Source: Polymyxa betae A26-41 (lineage: Eukaryota > Protista > Endomyxa: Phytomyxea). Taken from it: DNA of 37,335 nt. Where the stretch lies: positions 1-37,335 of the forward strand of contig RBZT01000572.1 in the NCBI GenBank assembly GCA_003693705.1, in the 5' to 3' direction. Positions 33,564 to 37,335 of this stretch are shown piece after piece. Both the position numbers and the translations under genes were made by a program. The notes below the pieces were generated by a model that was given only the letters and a program-made list of their open reading frames with translations, searched no databases and was not told the origin of the DNA. Numbering within the stretch: position 1 is the stretch's first letter; the number at the start of each line of letters is the position of its first letter.

Positions 33564-35475
33564 ATGTTGGAAAAAGAGGCAATCCTTTTTATTATCTCAA
33601 TTTTCGCTGCTACCGGTTCCGATATATCCGAGCTCCACGAAATCATGAATTACATTTTGCAGCATGGCTACTTACGCTTACGTCATCGTAGCCCGACTAT
33701 GATTAACTACAAGAACTATTTCAATGAAGATTTAGACAATGTAACCGCTAAGCACATGTTCAGGTTTCATTATTCCAGAACTTCGACAGTTGAAAATAGC
33801 TCTGCGGTTGCCAATTGTCAGTCATTATATAAATAGCGCACAGAACGCTGTGCCTGCTCTAAAATCTTTAACATTGGTATGTCGTCGTCTGGCGGAGCTT
33901 AGCCGTCTATTTACTGTCGCAAACGAGTTCGGTAGGTTTCCGTGGTCCTGTTTAAGAATCATCGGTATTACCGTCAACATTGTATATGAAACGCATCGCG
34001 ATTTCATATTCTTCAATAAGTTTTTAGCGACGCAAAAGATTGAAGAGTGCTGCAACGCCAATTACGCCATTTCCAGGCATGACGCTCCACTCTGCACTTG
34101 CTGGGCTTTCATAGATGGTAGCAAGCAGAATATCACAAGGCCTTCTGCCAGACGACGTTCAGGTCCTTATGAAAATCTCCAGCGATCTATTTTCAGTGGG
34201 CACACTCGCAGACACTGTTTAAACTGGCAGGGTATCACAACCCCCGATGGCATCATAATCAGTATGTTCCGTCCCATCGAGGGCAGACGGCATGATTCGA
34301 CTCTTTTAGCGATGAGCGGCATTGTCCCGAAATTACGGAGTCATCCCTCACGATGGCAAGCTAATTTTACGGAGATTCTGTCTATAGCTGCTCGGACTAT
34401 ATATGATGTCTATCTGCGATGGCTGTGCCTGGATAACCTGAGCCATCATTTAATTCTGCCATGAGCTCAGTCCGTTAGAGCTCCGATCGGGTCGGGTCGG
34501 GTCGGATACCAGCCCCATACCCGAACCGGACCCGACTTTTCCGAGTCGGGTCGGGTAGCGACCCGACATTTGTAAGGCGAGAGAAAAAATTCACAGAAAC
34601 GCTGTATAAACATCTTGATTGGGTGCGTTATTACCTAACGTCAATACACTTAGTGTCTCAGGCTGAAGGGAATGTCGACGCAATCTAAAAACATTGTCCG
34701 CAGTTGAAAACTTCTTAAATCCGACACAGGCGATCGAGGAATGGACAGTATGTCTCTTTCGACAAAAGATGTGAAACTGCATCGCATGCGATGTAAGTAA
34801 TGTAAAATACAGGATCAACAGAAGAATCCTCGCAGCGCAAGTTCAAATAAATTGTCAGCCTCGTCCATTATTGGCCTTCACAAACGCATTGAGAGAACAT
34901 CGAGGAACTTGAAAAATAAAGAATCTTCACCAGCTGCCCCTGTGGTAGCGGTGGGGACCTGTTCAGCAGTACCAATTTCTCCCAATCGGTCACTTTTTCT
35001 CCCAAATAGAGAATATCAGAAGTGAAACAGGTTCGAATAGGTCAGAGTAATCAATATTGAAGCCCCTTTTTTGAATAGTTGCGAAAGCGTCGGTGAAGAT
35101 ATGGGTGCTTTGCTCTAGCGGGTTGCCATATTCGTGATTGCAATGATGCAACTTGACAAAATACACAAATGGGAGCTGAACGTAAATCCGTGCGCGGTTT
35201 ATACAGCTCAACTTATTAACCGTCGGATACAGTCGTGTAGTCGGGTCGGGCATCGACCCGCTACCCGAACCCGACCCGAACCAGACCCGACCCGGGTTTT
35301 TCGGATACTACCCGAACCCGATCGGAGTCCTACAGTCCGTGAAAGCGTTGAATTGAGTTTTGGATGTTTGAAAAACTTTTGGTCGTCCTTGCAATTTGAC
35401 AAGCGTCAGAAAGTGCGCCAAATTCCAGTTGCTAAGATGTGGCTGGTGGCGAGATTATTGACAAACTGTCAGTAG
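33564..35475 (+). pseudogene. Harbinger transposase, paralogue of 31640-32220, interrupted by a hAT derivative
   Basis: WAFIDG; HCLNWQGITTPDG; EGRRHD; NSAMSSVR|ESVELSFG rejoins once 34476-35332 and one TSD copy are removed. Confidence 0.9.
34476..35332 (-). mobile_element. hAT non-autonomous deletion derivative, 857 bp
   Basis: TIRs TAGAGCTCCGATCGGGT / ACCCGATCGGAGTCCTA; perfect 8-bp TSD CAGTCCGT (34468-34475, 35333-35340); CGGGT/ACCCG subterminal repeats; internal DEADNYLNLRCEDSSVDP. Confidence 0.93.
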
Positions 35476-35711
35476 GGGGTATCAAAGTTGTTAAAACGCA
35501 ATTTTTAAAAATCGATTTTCCGTGGTTGATTTTCCGGCGTAAGAAGCGATTCTTAGCGATTCTTATTTAAAAAGCACCTCCGAGAGGTGCTTTTTAATTA
35601 AAAATCGCTTCTCACGGTTATGCGCCCAGATAAGCACGCCTCGAAATTTAACGGTAGGTTAACCTTATCGTCATTCGTTGTCGTTATTGGCTGTCGTTCG
35701 CGATCTTTACC

Positions 35712-36899
35712 ATGTCAACTAAAGGCACGCCTTCTTCACAGCCTAAACGCCGACGCAAATGCACCAGCCTGACCGAGTTTAGTGCCATGATCACCTTTCT
35801 CGAGATTTCTGAAAATTTCAAGTTAATCACCGGTTCCGCATCAAATGGCAAGCCAGTTGTTGCTGGTCAAAAACTTTCAAAGGCTAGGCTAGAAAGCCTT
35901 AGCAGATTTTGTCAACAAATTCCTTGACAATAAAGATCGTGTCTGGACCACACACGATGCTAAAAGCCGCTATGAAAGCTAGGTAAAGCTTTATAAACAC
36001 ACCAAGGCGATTAGCGAACAAACTGGGTTCGGTCTAACAGAGGACGATATGAACAAGAATATCAAAACGATTGCAGAGAAACTGGATATACTGTGCCATT
36101 ATTATAGCCGGATGCATCAGTTGTTTGGTGCTCGCCAAAATGTTACTCCTGCTGCAACCGCAGAGCTCGGCATCCCTGCCGGTTTTTTAACAAACCGTCG
36201 AAAAACTTGCCATGTGACAGCGATGGAAACAGTGAAGAATCCAGCGACAATTTTATCGACACAATCGCCGAAGAGCTCTCTATGGTCGATAATCACCAAA
36301 ACGTGGGACTCGAACCTGTTATGGCATCAGTCGTTGAATCCTCTGTACCTACCTCGCAGGATGTAGGGGCAGGCCAGGGAAAGGAATATCAATATCTGGA
36401 GAACCTGGCAGATGCTTTCGGTAGCCATCAGCAGAAAATGCAGGAGAAAACCCAACGTCGCTCAACCGACGAAAGTGACGACGAATGTCAAAAAAATGAT
36501 AGTAGAGCGCCACGAAAAGCTGCAAAATCCACCCCAGCCAGGGCGAAACGGTCTGAAATTTCTTCAAAAGGAATCGAGTTTCCTGTATTTACTCCTAAAC
36601 CCAACAAGCAGGCTCGCAAAGATTTTGCTTCCGTTTTCGCTGAAACGCAAAATGCCCAACTGGAGTTCGATACGAAAAATATGGAGCACGAATTGGCTCT
36701 GCAACGGCAACATGCAGACAAAGAGCAAGGTAAAATCGATACTGAGAAGCCACGGCTGAAGCTGGAAGAGCAAAATAGTGCTCACAGCCAGCTGCTCGCT
36801 ACAAAAGTGGCAAAAGCCAACCTTGTTGGTAGTTTAACGACGGCAGGCGCAACAATGGATCAAATTAAGCAAGCCTTACAGCTTGCATTCGAGAACTAG
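35712..36899 (+). pseudogene. Harbinger-associated Myb-like / coiled-coil protein, frameshifted
   Basis: NFKLITGSA...AKSRYES...TGFGLTEDD...KLDILCHYYSRMHQLFGARQN; charged C-terminal coiled coil. Confidence 0.65.
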
Positions 36900-36929
36900 C
36901 ATGTATTAAAATTAGGAAAAGAAATACAT

Positions 36930-37140
36930 TACCTTTTGTTGTACCAGGCGCCGAAGCTCTGATCCGTCTACAGTTGCACCAGTTTGACAGTGGCTGTCAG
37001 ATTCGTAGTCAGTTTCTGGAAGATAATGGATATTGTCTGCTGCAAGACGACGTCCGTTCACGAAATTGTTAAGCACGCAACATGCCGTTTATAGCACCTC
37101 TACTAGAAAGTGATAGTCGTTGGAGTGCTCTAAAATCGTA
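36930..37140 (-). pseudogene. Harbinger transposase C-terminal tail, convergent with 35712-36899
   Basis: ACCVLNNFV, the equivalent of the ACCxLHN motif. Confidence 0.5.
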
Positions 37141-37335
37141 ATGCTGTTTTAATCAAACTGTAATTCTTCCAGGGTAGTTCCGCGGTCCGTGACGCATGTC
37201 CGTGACGTAATTCCGACGGAACATGATTCAGGGCTTGGGGGCCTTCAGCTTCCGGCGGTCTTGACTTGAAACCCTTATGTTACCATTTGCGTAGTATCGC
37301 AATGTGGTTTAAATAGTGCGCTGTGACGCAGTATT

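Noticed and set aside
35567-35597. 14-bp stem hairpin followed by a T-run, resembling an intrinsic terminator
   Set aside because: Eukaryotic TE context; better explained as a subterminal palindrome of a Harbinger-like element.

Overview
Eukaryotic transposon graveyard, probably from a protist or fungus-like organism; the host cannot be determined from sequence alone. No intact host gene, RNA gene or CRISPR array was found. Nearly the whole window is nested, mostly decayed elements: a Ty3/Gypsy pol split by a TA-flanked TIR element and by nested solo LTRs, a Ty1/Copia RT-RNaseH remnant, a young 836-bp TRIM with a copia-type half-tRNA primer site, hAT, MULE and pogo remnants, and about six PIF/Harbinger transposase fragments, several paired with Myb-like ORFs. 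The standout is a piggyBac-like family present as two divergent copies (10123-13439 minus; 21254-26405 plus). Its DDD transposase carries a YqaJ/lambda-exonuclease-type PD-(D/E)xK nuclease inserted between the 2nd and 3rd catalytic Asp, with a SAP DNA-binding motif nested inside that nuclease. A second unusual element is a TIR-bounded pogo transposon (27928-30967) with an OTU deubiquitinase-like domain ahead of its transposase and a 301-bp internal inversion. All domain calls are by-eye motif recognition; no database searches were run.
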